From IMG/VR virus record IMGVR_UViG_3300045825_000547: a stretch of 64,000 nt of DNA. The stretch is one strand, 5' to 3'. Position numbers and translations under genes: made by a program. The notes beneath the pieces were generated by a model. It did not search any database. It saw only the letters and a program-made list of their open reading frames with translations, and had not been told where the DNA came from. This document shows, piece by piece, positions 8,606 to 18,775 of this stretch. This stretch comes from an uncultured virus (IMG/VR IMGVR_UViG_3300045825_000547). Taxonomy: Duplodnaviria; Heunggongvirae; Uroviricota; Caudoviricetes. Every line of letters starts with the position of its first letter. The stretch's first letter is position 1.

Positions 8606-9497
8606 TTTCCCCGGTAGAGGGCTTCCTCCACAAAGACCTATAAGATCAGATTTTATAACATATAAAGATGTAGGGATGAGTCAATCATCTCATGGACATA
8701 TGCCTATGCAAGAACTCAGCAAGCCTACAACAAGATTCCCTTCTACACAAAGTCTTCCTCCTCAAAGACAACAACCAGCAAGGTCTCAGCCAGACCCGAC
8801 CCCAACTGATATAGCGCGTATGCAGGAACAGCTTGCCCAACAAGTCAGATTGCATCCCCCAGGCTTCCAAGAAGGGGTTCGTAGAGGGCAGCAAGTAGTG
8901 GAACAAATTGTTCCTAAGTTTCCTCCTCCTATTTCCCCTCCGCCTCCTGCACCAGATAGAAAAGAGCCACCAGTAAATCCAGCTTACAATCAAGCACCTC
9001 CTGTTCAACAAGTGTCTGAAGCAGATATACAAGAGATTTATGAGTTTGGTAAAGCAGAAGGAAAGCTAGAAGCAATCGCTGAGGTAAGGGCTGCCTTATT
9101 AGAGTTAATAAATACAATGGACTTTATTGCTAAAGAAGTGACAGAGACCGTTAGACCAACACCTGCTGAGCAAGTACCGCCTGAGTACGCCTACGATGCG
9201 TACCCACAACAACCTCCACAGTATTACCCGCAAAATGAGTATCAAGAGGCAGATCCCTACAATTCACAAGAAGAGTATTATGAGCCAGAACAAGATCAAG
9301 AAATGAATTACCCATCTGAAGACTTATACACATTCAACCCCGCAGATATTATGCCAGCAACCCCTTCAGGGGGCACCGTCACTCAGATAAGAGGGATGGT
9401 TAGTTCTAGAAACCCACAAGATATAATGGTTAGTGTTATTTCCCAGATGATGGCGTCGCAGCCGCAGTTCCATAATCCGTTTCCTGGGGTGCATTGA
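8598..9497 (+). CDS. Pro/Gln-rich low-complexity hypothetical protein
   Basis: 299-aa ORF overlapping both neighbours. Confidence 0.65.
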   Translation: MSNFPGRGLPPQRPIRSDFITYKDVGMSQSSHGHMPMQELSKPTTRFPSTQSLPPQRQQPARSQPDPTPTDIARMQEQLAQQVRLHPPGFQEGVRRGQQVVEQIVPKFPPPISPPPPAPDRKEPPVNPAYNQAPPVQQVSEADIQEIYEFGKAEGKLEAIAEVRAALLELINTMDFIAKEVTETVRPTPAEQVPPEYAYDAYPQQPPQYYPQNEYQEADPYNSQEEYYEPEQDQEMNYPSEDLYTFNPADIMPATPSGGTVTQIRGMVSSRNPQDIMVSVISQMMASQPQFHNPFPGVH

Positions 9498-10294
9498 TGG
9501 GATTTAAACGCCAAAAGTGGGTAGGAGGAAAGAAGATCATTGGATCTTCCTCTGAGGGAGCAGAACTCCTAGGAATTATCTTAGCAGAGCTAGGTGCTGA
9601 GATAAGTGAGCCTGTCGTTTCTGAATACCATTTCCACCCCATAAGAGAATGGCGTGCGGATTATAGTTTTCTTAACAGAGGTATTCTTCTTGAATACGAG
9701 GGGCTTCCCTCTAGGTTTAAGAAATCTCGTCATACTACCAGAGAAGGATATGTCAAAGATATAGAGAAATACAACACAGCAGCAGAAATGGGGTTAGTTG
9801 TTCTTCGTTATCACTGGGATAGCATTGAACCTTCGCTAGTTAGATCTAATGTGGAGAAAGTGTTGGATAGACGACCGGGGGATAAGCGATGTGCAACATG
9901 TGGTAGTGTTTTCTGCAGCTTCGTGGCAGGGGGAATTGCTCCGGTAGTTGCAGGAGATTTCCAATTCCTTAAATGTTTCTTTTGCCAATGGAAAGAGAAA
10001 ATGGCTAAGAAAGAACATGAGGAAATGAAGGTGTTGTTCTCCACTTCTCCACAGAGAGTTAGGCTTTCTGAGAGTAAATCTAAACCAGCAATAGCTCTTC
10101 GCAAGAACATAAAAGAACAAGGAAATCTTCTTCTAGCTTCCATATTCCTAGAATGGGGGATGTGGAGTAAAGAGCTTCTAGAAGGGATAGATTTTGAGGA
10201 ATTAAGAAAGATAGAGGAAGATGAAAGGAAATTAGCATGGATAGAAATGAAGCTTACCCAAGTCAGAGCGATGATAAACGAAAAGATAAACTAA
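9494..10294 (+). CDS. PD-(D/E)xK endonuclease-like protein (Vsr/DUF559-like) with CxxC pairs
   Basis: EYHFHPIREWRADY, LLEYEG, RHT..GY.KDIEKYN.A...G..V.R; CATC and CFFC. Confidence 0.65.
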   Translation: MMGFKRQKWVGGKKIIGSSSEGAELLGIILAELGAEISEPVVSEYHFHPIREWRADYSFLNRGILLEYEGLPSRFKKSRHTTREGYVKDIEKYNTAAEMGLVVLRYHWDSIEPSLVRSNVEKVLDRRPGDKRCATCGSVFCSFVAGGIAPVVAGDFQFLKCFFCQWKEKMAKKEHEEMKVLFSTSPQRVRLSESKSKPAIALRKNIKEQGNLLLASIFLEWGMWSKELLEGIDFEELRKIEEDERKLAWIEMKLTQVRAMINEKIN

Positions 10295-10635
10295 CCCTTA
10301 AACTTATAGGGAAATTAGATTGTTTTAGTAAACATGTTTGTGTTGATCTAGGACTAGATCAGCCTGAGCAGAAGAGAGCTTGGATGGATAATTTCCAGGA
10401 TCATGTTATAAGGCTTCACAAGTTAATAGAAGGCCGGTCTCTTAGTATGCATGAAGCTAATGGGCAGTTACGAAAGCTATTTGGCCTCCCGGATATGTAC
10501 TTTCATTTTCGCAGAGTCCCGCTAGAATCCTCTGTTTATTTCTCCCTCACTCCTCTGGACGACCTTAGGTTTTGTCAGTGGGGCTCGGATGAGCTAGAGA
10601 ACTGGAATTTTCTGAATAAAATATTATACAAATAG
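10237..10635 (+). CDS. Hypothetical protein
   Basis: ORF filling the operon gap. Confidence 0.5.
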   Translation: MDRNEAYPSQSDDKRKDKLTLKLIGKLDCFSKHVCVDLGLDQPEQKRAWMDNFQDHVIRLHKLIEGRSLSMHEANGQLRKLFGLPDMYFHFRRVPLESSVYFSLTPLDDLRFCQWGSDELENWNFLNKILYK

Positions 10636-10644
10636 GAAAACAAA

Positions 10645-11445
10645 ATGGAAGAAGGTAAAAAAGTAGAACCATACCCGTTATTTCACCCGCAAGAGTTGGA
10701 GTACTTTGATAAGTACTTAGCGATGAACTCGGAACTTTCTATGGTTACCGGTTTTGATTTTGCTGGCCTACCTATTAGTGTTATTGAAACCTCAGAGAAT
10801 AATCCAGATAATACTATTAAGTTTACGGAAGATGGTAGGATAGAATTTGAAACAAATCCTGTGTTCTTATCAGCACCTCCAGGAGTGCTAAAGGCTTTGC
10901 TTAGTGTGTTTGTTCAAACTAAAAAGATTTGCTATTTAGGGCACGATATGTACTCGGTGAATGGGGAAGCAACTACGCAGGTACCAGAAGATTCCAGAGA
11001 ATGGTATTACCCGTCACAGGAACAAGAATATATTGGTATATGTGAGTACATAAAGACAAGTTTTTCCGAACCATTAGATGAAGGACTGGTTTATGATTAC
11101 ATAGACACAGCGTTTAATGATCCTGTAGGCATGGGTTTGCGTGTGGCTAATTACGGGAAAGAACTTAGGAAACGCGTGGCAGTGCTTGGTGATTTTTCGC
11201 ACCAGTCGCTATTTGAAGATGCAGGTCATTCCTATACAGGGATGGAGAAAGATGGTTCTATTCCCGATTTAGACGGTCTCCCTTTCTTTGATCTTTGTGT
11301 GATTATCCATACTAATATAGATCTAGAGGAGAGCCTATACAACAAGCTAATAAAAGAATTAAAACTCAAAGCTTGTGTGGAGCATACTTCTTTGGTACTA
11401 TATATGAGCTATCCAGAGGAAGAAGACGAAGATGCCCCATTATAA
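10645..11445 (+). CDS. Hypothetical protein (acidic)
   Basis: 266-aa ORF with SD. Confidence 0.7.
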   Translation: MEEGKKVEPYPLFHPQELEYFDKYLAMNSELSMVTGFDFAGLPISVIETSENNPDNTIKFTEDGRIEFETNPVFLSAPPGVLKALLSVFVQTKKICYLGHDMYSVNGEATTQVPEDSREWYYPSQEQEYIGICEYIKTSFSEPLDEGLVYDYIDTAFNDPVGMGLRVANYGKELRKRVAVLGDFSHQSLFEDAGHSYTGMEKDGSIPDLDGLPFFDLCVIIHTNIDLEESLYNKLIKELKLKACVEHTSLVLYMSYPEEEDEDAPL

Positions 11446-11460
11446 GATGAAAGGACTGCT

Positions 11461-12096
11461 ATGTATATTGTTTTTGAGGGAGTAGACAAGGTAGGGAAAA
11501 GTACCCAAGCCAAGATGCTCAATGAATATTTAGAGTATCGCTGGATTAAAGATGTAACAGGGGAGCCCCTTTCCGTGTTAGTATCCGAACCCTCCGATGA
11601 TGCATTCGGAAAAAAGATTAGAGAGCTTACCCTATCCAAAGAAATCGAGACAACTTCTGCGGCATCGTTCCTCCTTTATTTAGCTTCAATGGCAAATAAT
11701 GCGAAGAAACTTAATGAATTTAAAAAACAGAATATCCATATTATAGGGGATAGATCGTTCCTCTCCACTATGGTATACCAATCACTATATGCTGCGAAGC
11801 TAGATCCCAAAGAAATCCTACGCACGGTTCTTCTTTGCGGTATTCCTATTCCAGATATGGTTATCCTTCTTCGCCCTGAGAACTCTAACCTAATTGTGGG
11901 ACGTCCTAACAAAGATAGTTTAGACTCTAGGCTAACTAAAGGCATGGTTGATGATATTGATGCGGCGTATGCGGATATTGTTTGTTCTTCTTTTTCTCAC
12001 AAAACAATCGTTGTGAAAGAAGGGGATTCAAAGCATGATGTTAATAGACAAGTGTTGTCATTTATAGAACCACTACTGGTAGGGAGAATAAAATAA
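11461..12096 (+). CDS. tmk: Thymidylate kinase
   Basis: YIVFEGVDKVGKSTQ P-loop, EP, GDRSFLSTMVYQ, PDMVILL. Confidence 0.92.
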   Translation: MYIVFEGVDKVGKSTQAKMLNEYLEYRWIKDVTGEPLSVLVSEPSDDAFGKKIRELTLSKEIETTSAASFLLYLASMANNAKKLNEFKKQNIHIIGDRSFLSTMVYQSLYAAKLDPKEILRTVLLCGIPIPDMVILLRPENSNLIVGRPNKDSLDSRLTKGMVDDIDAAYADIVCSSFSHKTIVVKEGDSKHDVNRQVLSFIEPLLVGRIK

Positions 12097-12605
12097 TGGA
12101 ATTAGATGATGGAAAAGAATTTATAAAGGGAATAGAGGAATCTAGAAAGAAGGATACCGTGGTGGTTAGTCGCGCCGGCTACCCAGCACTAGCGCAATCT
12201 ATTGAGCATGGAGATTCCAACACTTGGATGCTGGCTATCGATGAGGAAGAAGAACTAATCTACGTAACGTTTACGGAAGATGTGGACGGTTATCAGAAGG
12301 TTTTGGATGAGTGGATCGACATGGATAATGGCCTAATAAAAAAGGTAATTCGTATTAGGAAAACGTTAAAGACCACTAAAGCTCCACTAAAAGCTGTGGT
12401 TAATTCCTTAAGACAGCCTATCTGCGCAGCTAAGAAAAAACAACAATACCCTGAGTATAATATTTTGCGTACAGTGGTAAGTGAATCGCATGGGTTGTAT
12501 CAATCTATCTTATTATCTGAAAGAGAAATGATTGCAGAAGAAAAACACCTTAAACGTGAATTAGCAGCTCTACAAAAACTTAGAGAAGCGTGGTATCTAG
12601 ATTAG
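12096..12605 (+). CDS. Hypothetical protein
   Basis: TAATG coupling to tmk. Confidence 0.65.
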   Translation: MELDDGKEFIKGIEESRKKDTVVVSRAGYPALAQSIEHGDSNTWMLAIDEEEELIYVTFTEDVDGYQKVLDEWIDMDNGLIKKVIRIRKTLKTTKAPLKAVVNSLRQPICAAKKKQQYPEYNILRTVVSESHGLYQSILLSEREMIAEEKHLKRELAALQKLREAWYLD

Positions 12606-12634
12606 GGTAATTATTCATAAGTTTTTGGCATAAG
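12605..12634 (+). promoter_or_regulatory. Putative phage-specific promoter, copy 2 (runs straight into a terminator)
   Basis: GGGTAAT-N13-TTGGCATAAG. Confidence 0.55.
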
Positions 12635-12663
12635 AGGGTGAGAGAAAATCTCACCTCTTTTTG
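12632..12663. terminator. Intrinsic terminator at convergent junction
   Basis: agagggtgaga / tctcacctct stem followed by T run. Confidence 0.75.
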
Positions 12664-12664
12664 T

Positions 12665-13549
12665 TTAGCCGTAACTAGACATTAATGCTCTTCTCTTAAC
12701 AGTGTCGCCAGAAGCAGAACGGAGAGCGCTAGTAGCCCTAGAAGACTCACTAATATCTCCGGAGCGTTGAATGCTCATTGGTGACTCAAAAGCATTACGA
12801 GGTGCCGTGATAGCTCCTGGTCTAGTTCTAGCTTTTAACTCAGATCCTCTGTTTTGTTTCTCTACTGTCGCTCTAATATCATTAAGTCTTTTGCCTCTCA
12901 TTTGTTCATGCGCATTTTGTTCTACCCAGTTGGATGTAGTGTTGGTATTCCCTTTTGAGCTTACACTTATTGGGTTGGTTTGTTGTTTGTACGCGGTAAC
13001 AGGATTACGAGTAATACTTGTATTTACATTCGACACAGGACGTTGCCCTTGTATAGTGTTACTTCTATTTCTGCCTCCGAAAACATTTTCCACAGAAGGG
13101 TGTGCAGGGCTATTAATCTCCGCAGAAATTGTAGCGGAGCTTAAGTGTTTATTTTTTTGTGCTATTCTTGCCTTTGCGTCTTGCTTGTAGCTGTTCACGT
13201 TAAAGTCTGCACGAGGTTGAGCGGCTTGGAACATTGCTGGGGAATTGGTGGGAGTAGGGGTTACTGTTCTAGGCAGATTTTCTCTTGCTATTCCGCCACC
13301 AACAGTTCTTCTTTGGCCCATCTGAAAAACTTCTCTTGTAGGTTCTCCCTTAGCAAAAAGTGCTTTATTAACTCCGGAGGTAACGGAGTTTCTTATCTCC
13401 CCCACTTTAGCGGCAGTAACAGAGAGAGCTTTTCTTGCTCCACCCATTACCGAGCTGAACATGCCCGCTTGTTTCTGGTGATAGTTTTGTTCTATTATTT
13501 GTCCAACTAAGAAATCAATCCTAGCTTGTTTGTAAAGTATTCCTTGCAT
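12665..13549 (-). CDS. Putative virion/internal head protein (KxA family)
   Basis: LYKQA...HQKQAG near the N-terminus; basic, low-complexity. Confidence 0.6.
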   Translation of the reverse strand: MQGILYKQARIDFLVGQIIEQNYHQKQAGMFSSVMGGARKALSVTAAKVGEIRNSVTSGVNKALFAKGEPTREVFQMGQRRTVGGGIARENLPRTVTPTPTNSPAMFQAAQPRADFNVNSYKQDAKARIAQKNKHLSSATISAEINSPAHPSVENVFGGRNRSNTIQGQRPVSNVNTSITRNPVTAYKQQTNPISVSSKGNTNTTSNWVEQNAHEQMRGKRLNDIRATVEKQNRGSELKARTRPGAITAPRNAFESPMSIQRSGDISESSRATSALRSASGDTVKRRALMSSYG

Positions 13550-13562
13550 TGGTCTTTTCCTT

Positions 13563-14081
13563 TTAGGTTTTAATTATTGGTTGTTGCTTAACTCTTTTAA
13601 ATTTTGCATCAAGAGGTTTAGCATAACTAGACCTTCCTCCTGGCTGAGCTACAGCACCGACGTCTTGTTTAACAACAGGCGGGGCTGGGGTAGGTGCAAC
13701 TTTATTTGTAGATCTTTGTACATAATTTTCGGCGCGAGAGCTAACTCTCTGTGATTTCTTTGCAAACTGATCTGCAGCAGGGGCTCCGGTAAATTTATTC
13801 CACGCACTCTTAAACTGGTCAATAACTGGGTGCCCCTCTATTACTTTATTTAGTCCCCCTTCCGCTATGTGTTTAGTCCCTTGGTCTATTACATTACTCA
13901 CCCCTTTGGAAAACCCGCTGCTGATTTTGCCCAGCCCCCACTTAGCACCAACTGCAGCAGTTCCGGCAGCAAACATCTTTCCAAGGGAGTTCTTGATGCT
14001 GCCGCCGCCTTCTGCCACTTTATCGCCTTGCTCAAATTGGCTCATAGCACTCTTCTGTAGATATATTTCTATTCTGTCCAT
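13563..14081 (-). CDS. Putative virion/internal head protein (KxA-leader family)
   Basis: MDRIEIYLQKSA leader; Gly/Ala hydrophobic segment. Confidence 0.65.
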   Translation of the reverse strand: MDRIEIYLQKSAMSQFEQGDKVAEGGGSIKNSLGKMFAAGTAAVGAKWGLGKISSGFSKGVSNVIDQGTKHIAEGGLNKVIEGHPVIDQFKSAWNKFTGAPAADQFAKKSQRVSSRAENYVQRSTNKVAPTPAPPVVKQDVGAVAQPGGRSSYAKPLDAKFKRVKQQPIIKT

Positions 14082-14099
14082 TTTATGTTCTTCCTCTTT

Positions 14100-14732
14100 C
14101 TACATTCCTGTAGGCATATTTCCTGCAGGACTAACGCCTGGTTGAACTGGTGCTGCTCTTCCTACGCCACTAACAAACGCGTTAGATTGGTCAATTCTTG
14201 CTCTAAGGAATCCGTAGTATCTAGCACCTGCTGACGAGTCGGTTGAAGAGTATCCGCCCATTGCTGCGTAGTTTCCTTGGTTAGCACTCTTTTGAGGATT
14301 AGCTGCTGGTGCTGGAGATGTTGCTCCTACTTGTGCTCCTGCAGGTTGTCCTTGCATAGCTGGATTTTGTGGAGGTTGTTGTGGTGCACCTGGCATAGCA
14401 GATGCTTGTGGTGCTCCTGCAGGCATTGGTGCCGATTGAGGACTACCACCTTGAAGTGCATAGAACGCGTCTATCACTTGATTCATTCCTGAAGTAGCTT
14501 GTTGAAGTCCTTGACCCATAACGTCCACTGGGTTAGTAGGCATTTGCATTCCACCCATAGGAGGTCCCATAGGAGGCGCAGGTGGAGCTGCTTGAGGAGG
14601 AGCTTGTTGAGCTTGTTCTTCAGCAGGAGGTCCTTCTTTCTTTTCTTCTTTTCCTTCTTCTTTTTTGCTCTCTTTAGAGTCATCTCCTGCACTTTTGTAG
14701 GAAAGATTAAGGTATGTATTTAGTCTGCTCAT
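14100..14732 (-). CDS. Putative virion/scaffold-like protein, Pro/Gln/Ala-rich (KxA family)
   Basis: MSRLNTYLNLSYKSAG, internal QKSAN; SD ggagg. Confidence 0.65.
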   Translation of the reverse strand: MSRLNTYLNLSYKSAGDDSKESKKEEGKEEKKEGPPAEEQAQQAPPQAAPPAPPMGPPMGGMQMPTNPVDVMGQGLQQATSGMNQVIDAFYALQGGSPQSAPMPAGAPQASAMPGAPQQPPQNPAMQGQPAGAQVGATSPAPAANPQKSANQGNYAAMGGYSSTDSSAGARYYGFLRARIDQSNAFVSGVGRAAPVQPGVSPAGNMPTGM

Positions 14733-14772
14733 GCAAGCCTCCGAGGATTTTTAAATTTCACTGATCTTTCTA

Positions 14773-14823
14773 ATTATGCCACGTTCCTTGCGTCTTGGAA
14801 AGACTGCCGATTCGTGGTACAAT
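14773..14823. promoter_or_regulatory. Divergent sigma70/sigmaA-type promoters
   Basis: + strand TTGGAA-N17-TACAAT with extended TG (14795-14823); - strand TTTCCA-N17-CATAAT with TG (14801-14773). Confidence 0.55.
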
Positions 14824-14858
14824 TCTTTTCCCATTTTTATTTTAAAAGGAGTTTATTT

Positions 14859-15782
14859 ATGGCTACACGCGATAATATCCCGGTCCAACTTCAATATGCT
14901 TTTATGCCACCGCACCCGGTATCGGTTCTAGCGCACTCAACCTACGAAGGGTGTCCTAGTGATTTAATAACTATTCTTCTCCCTCTCCCCACTTGTCTTC
15001 TCGCAGAGCTACGAACCCATCGTACCTTAAAATGGACATCCGATTTTGATATACAAGCTCAGGACTTTAGCATTAATGCTAATTCAGATAGAGCTATTCC
15101 TATCGAAAAGAAAATAGAACAAATTAAACGTCATCCTTATCTCCCAATTCCCTCTCTGGCAAACAAAGGGATGAGTGGTATTGAAATGATGTGGCCAGAT
15201 GAGATTGTGTCGACACTTATGTGTGGGTATCAGTGGGCAATGGAAGACGCTATCGCCCACGCCCGTAGATTAATAGATGGAGATTATTCTAAGCAAATTG
15301 TAAACAGACTTCTTATGCCGTTTAGTTGGTCGTCTATTGTAGTTACGGGGACTCAAGAGTACTGGGATATGTTCTTTGCGCTTAGAACGGCAGCCGGGGT
15401 TGACCCAAGTTTTAGAGCTATAGCTGAAGACGCGCAATTAGCTATTTCCAAATCTACACCAGTAAAACTAGATATTCTAGCTAACGAATTGGATAACTGG
15501 CACATGGCTTTTAGTGAAGAAATTGATAGAGTGGGAAATTGTTCTTTAGAGAACGCCCTTAATACCAGTGCATCTTGTTGTGCTAGATTAAGCTTCGATA
15601 TTGAGAGAGATGAAACACAAGAGAAGCATAACTCTAGAGCAAATATGTGTAAAACTGGTGGACATTATTCTGTGTTTGAGCACCAAGCAACACCAAATTG
15701 GGGAAAGGATCCTAAGTATGAATCTAACCTTCCTGGTTGGATATTATATAGAAAGATTTTAGAAATGAGGGAGGAAAGTTAG
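14859..15782 (+). CDS. Phage-type flavin-dependent thymidylate synthase (ThyX-like)
   Basis: AELRTHR...SINANSDRAIP, KQIVNRLLMPF, FFALR; start moved to ATG 14859 (SD aaggag). Confidence 0.7.
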   Translation: MATRDNIPVQLQYAFMPPHPVSVLAHSTYEGCPSDLITILLPLPTCLLAELRTHRTLKWTSDFDIQAQDFSINANSDRAIPIEKKIEQIKRHPYLPIPSLANKGMSGIEMMWPDEIVSTLMCGYQWAMEDAIAHARRLIDGDYSKQIVNRLLMPFSWSSIVVTGTQEYWDMFFALRTAAGVDPSFRAIAEDAQLAISKSTPVKLDILANELDNWHMAFSEEIDRVGNCSLENALNTSASCCARLSFDIERDETQEKHNSRANMCKTGGHYSVFEHQATPNWGKDPKYESNLPGWILYRKILEMREES

Positions 15783-15783
15783 T

Positions 15784-16260
15784 ATGGTATTAGATGTTTT
15801 AGTTAGTTTAATGCAGAATGCGTTTTGTGTATGGTTCTTTTTCTGGGTGTCTAGGAAAATGTTATTCATAGAAAGACAGTGTGAACGGAGGACGGCCGGG
15901 AGCGGTTCCAACCCCCGAACCGATGCATCATGGAATTGTTTGTGCTACATGTATGCATTTTTAATAATGTTCGCTGTGTGGGGCGGCTACTACCCCAACG
16001 AGATTAGTTCCTACACTGTATCGTGTACATCTTATGGTGTGTGGGCAGTCATGGGGCTAACTGCTGCCGGAAACTATGTGCTCAAACTTAACCATGATCG
16101 AGCGTTCCCGAAGAAACAAATAACAGACGATGTTGTGTTTGGTGTAATGTTTGGGCTAATCTTTGGTCCACTTCTCCAAATAATGGGACTGCTTGTAGGG
16201 ACGTGGGACGACCATAAAGGCATAAGAAATCCATTTTACGAGGAGGAAGAGAATGAGTAA
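15784..16260 (+). CDS. Hypothetical membrane protein
   Basis: About four hydrophobic segments. Confidence 0.65.
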   Translation: MVLDVLVSLMQNAFCVWFFFWVSRKMLFIERQCERRTAGSGSNPRTDASWNCLCYMYAFLIMFAVWGGYYPNEISSYTVSCTSYGVWAVMGLTAAGNYVLKLNHDRAFPKKQITDDVVFGVMFGLIFGPLLQIMGLLVGTWDDHKGIRNPFYEEEENE

Positions 16261-16381
16261 AGGAACAGATAAACTGTTTGAGGAAGCCATCCACCGACTG
16301 GAAAAGCAAAGAACAATTCTTCACATTGTCTTAGCTATTGCCGTGGTTATGGTTCTAGTTAAATTGAAAATATTCGGGTGA
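16253..16381 (+). CDS. Small membrane protein (42 aa; not in ORF track)
   Basis: MSKGTDKLFEEAIHRLEKQRTILHIVLAIAVVMVLVKLKIFG; SD aggagg; overlaps upstream stop. Confidence 0.55.
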   Translation: MSKGTDKLFEEAIHRLEKQRTILHIVLAIAVVMVLVKLKIFG

Positions 16382-16464
16382 AAATAGGGCAACCCTCTTA
16401 GCGGAAAAGAGGGGTATAATAAAATTCACCAATAAAATTTTATGTAAATTAAGGGGCAGATTGC

Positions 16465-18768
16465 ATGATTGCAAATCAAATTTTATCCGACGTTATCCAT
16501 TTCATGAAGTACGCAAAATACCTTCCTGAGAAGAAAAGAAGAGAGCTTTACCCAGAAAGTGTAGAGAGAAACAAACAGATGCACATAGCTAAGTTCCCTT
16601 CGTTGGCGGAGCGAATCACTGAGGTGTATGACAAATTCGTATTACCAAAGAAATCTCTCCCTAGTATGAGAAGTATGCAGTTTGCTGGGGAAGCTATAGC
16701 AGTGAATGAGGTGAGAGGGTTTAATTGTTCCTTCCTCCCAATAGATCACCCGAAAGCTTTCTCTGAAGTTATGTTCCTTCTTTTATCAGGCGCAGGTGTG
16801 GGGTATAGTGTGCAGAAGCACCACATAGCTTCTCTTCCTTTAGTTAAGAAAACTGAGGGGCAAACAGAGTTTATAATTCCGGATAACATTGAGGGCTGGG
16901 CGGATGCAGTCGATGCGTTGGTTAATAGTTATTTCACTGCAGGACCTGAAATAGTCTTTAACTTTTCACAAATACGAAAGAAAGGGATGAGGCTAATCAC
17001 CTCGGGTGGTAAAGCTCCTGGAGCTAAACCTCTTAGAGAGTGTTTAACAAAAATTAAGAGAGTGTTAGATAACTGCTTAGGTACTGATGGAAACAGAGTG
17101 GAGCGACTAGCTTCCACAGAAGTGCATTCCATAGTCTGTTTAATCGCTGACGCCGTGTTGGCAGGAGGAATTAGAAGAAGTAGTTGTATTTCCTTATTCT
17201 CTTTTGATGACCACGCTATGAGAACATGTAAGCATGGAGAGTGGTGGGTAGATCATCCAGAGTATGCTCGTTCTAATAATTCCGCTATGGCGCCGTACGA
17301 TGAAATTACTAAGGAAATGTTCCATGATTTCTGGAAAGACGTGGTGGAAAGTAAGGCAGGCGAGCCTGGTATTTATTGGACTAATAATAAGGAAATGGGA
17401 ACTAACCCCTGTAAACCTCTCCGTTCTCATATCCTCACACCAGAAGGCGTTATCACCTTCGGCCAAGCGTTAGAGTCTAGGGATGATTTTATAACCGTAG
17501 TATTGCCTTCTGGGAAGCATGCAAGAGCATCTCTGCCTTTCAAGACTGGTGAGAAACAACAAGTGTGGGAAATAACCACAGCTAACAATTCTAAGATATA
17601 CGGAACCGATAACCATCGCCATGAAGTGAAGAGGAAAGATGGGAAAATCGAGTGGGTTGAGAACAAGGACTTAGTGATAGGCGATGAGTTCAATTGTGTT
17701 TGGTTTGATAAACAGTTTAACCCAAAACACTTTGTTCAGAAAGTTACTAAGATCAATCCTAAATTCTCTGTGGAGGACGTATACGATATCACTGTGGAAG
17801 ATGATAGTCATTCCTTTATTGATACCGGGGTAGTGAGCCACAACTGTGGGGAGGCCGCACTTAGAGCCTATAGTTTTTGCAATCTTTGTGAGTTAAATGT
17901 GAATCTAGTTGAGAATCAACAAGACTTTAATGATTTGTGTGCAGCTGCGGCGTTCCTTAACACTCTCCAAGCATCTTATACTAATTTCACCTATCTTCGC
18001 CCAATCTGGAGACAAACAACCGAAGAGGATGCGTTGATTGGTATCGGCCTAACGGGAATCGCTTCTGGAAAACTAGATAACATAGACCTTAGACAAGGTG
18101 CGAGAATTGTTAAGCAGGTTAATAAAGAAACAGCGGAACTAATTGGTATTAATTCCTCCGCTCGTTGCGGGTTAATAAAGCCATCTGGTACGACTAGTCT
18201 TATCCTTTCTACTTCCTCAGGGATCCACAATTGGTACGCAAGGTTCTATATTAGAAGAGCTAGAGTAAATAAGAAGGAACCAATCTATGCGTATCTTCTT
18301 GAGCATCTTCCTTTCCTCCTAGAGGACGAAGTATTTGATCCAGAGAACACCGCAGTGATTTCATTCCCACAAAAAGCTCCTGAGGGTGCAGTAGTGAGTG
18401 CAGATTCTTCTGCAATAGATATTCTTGAGCGTTGTAAGCGATTCAACGAAGAATGGATTAGGGAATCACACAATAGGGGGGATAACTACCACAATGTGAG
18501 TGCAACCGTGTACGTGAATGAAGATGAATACGACTCAACCAGAGACTGGATGTGGGAAAATCGTTCCTCATATCATGGTCTCACTATTCTTCCTTTCGAG
18601 AACCATTCTTACCAGCAAGCACCTTTCGAGGAATGCACTGAAGAAGTATATAACGAGCTACTCGCAAAGTTCAAACATATTGATCTTTCGTTAGTAGAGG
18701 AACTAGAAGATTTAACAAACCTAAACGACCAAGCTGCGTGCGTGGGTGGGGTTTGTAGCATAATATAA
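16465..18768 (+). CDS. nrdJ: Class II (B12-dependent) ribonucleotide reductase with mini-intein
   Basis: LPSMR, FNCS, GAGVGYS, GGIRRS, spliced TNP|CGE, FCNL, IKPSGT, C-terminal ACVGGVC. Confidence 0.9.
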   Translation: MIANQILSDVIHFMKYAKYLPEKKRRELYPESVERNKQMHIAKFPSLAERITEVYDKFVLPKKSLPSMRSMQFAGEAIAVNEVRGFNCSFLPIDHPKAFSEVMFLLLSGAGVGYSVQKHHIASLPLVKKTEGQTEFIIPDNIEGWADAVDALVNSYFTAGPEIVFNFSQIRKKGMRLITSGGKAPGAKPLRECLTKIKRVLDNCLGTDGNRVERLASTEVHSIVCLIADAVLAGGIRRSSCISLFSFDDHAMRTCKHGEWWVDHPEYARSNNSAMAPYDEITKEMFHDFWKDVVESKAGEPGIYWTNNKEMGTNPCKPLRSHILTPEGVITFGQALESRDDFITVVLPSGKHARASLPFKTGEKQQVWEITTANNSKIYGTDNHRHEVKRKDGKIEWVENKDLVIGDEFNCVWFDKQFNPKHFVQKVTKINPKFSVEDVYDITVEDDSHSFIDTGVVSHNCGEAALRAYSFCNLCELNVNLVENQQDFNDLCAAAAFLNTLQASYTNFTYLRPIWRQTTEEDALIGIGLTGIASGKLDNIDLRQGARIVKQVNKETAELIGINSSARCGLIKPSGTTSLILSTSSGIHNWYARFYIRRARVNKKEPIYAYLLEHLPFLLEDEVFDPENTAVISFPQKAPEGAVVSADSSAIDILERCKRFNEEWIRESHNRGDNYHNVSATVYVNEDEYDSTRDWMWENRSSYHGLTILPFENHSYQQAPFEECTEEVYNELLAKFKHIDLSLVEELEDLTNLNDQAACVGGVCSII
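17410..17844 (+). mobile_element. Mini-intein (145 aa) at the RNR thiyl-radical Cys
   Basis: CKPLRSHILTPEG ... GTDNHRH (block B) ... VYDITVEDDSHSFIDTGVVSHN|C; no endonuclease. Confidence 0.92.
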
Positions 18769-18775
18769 TTTAAGT

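Noticed and set aside
16216..16226. AAGGCATAAG partial promoter match (also GTGGCATAAA near 46244)
   Set aside because: Core mismatches, inside coding sequence and no convincing upstream box at 13 bp.
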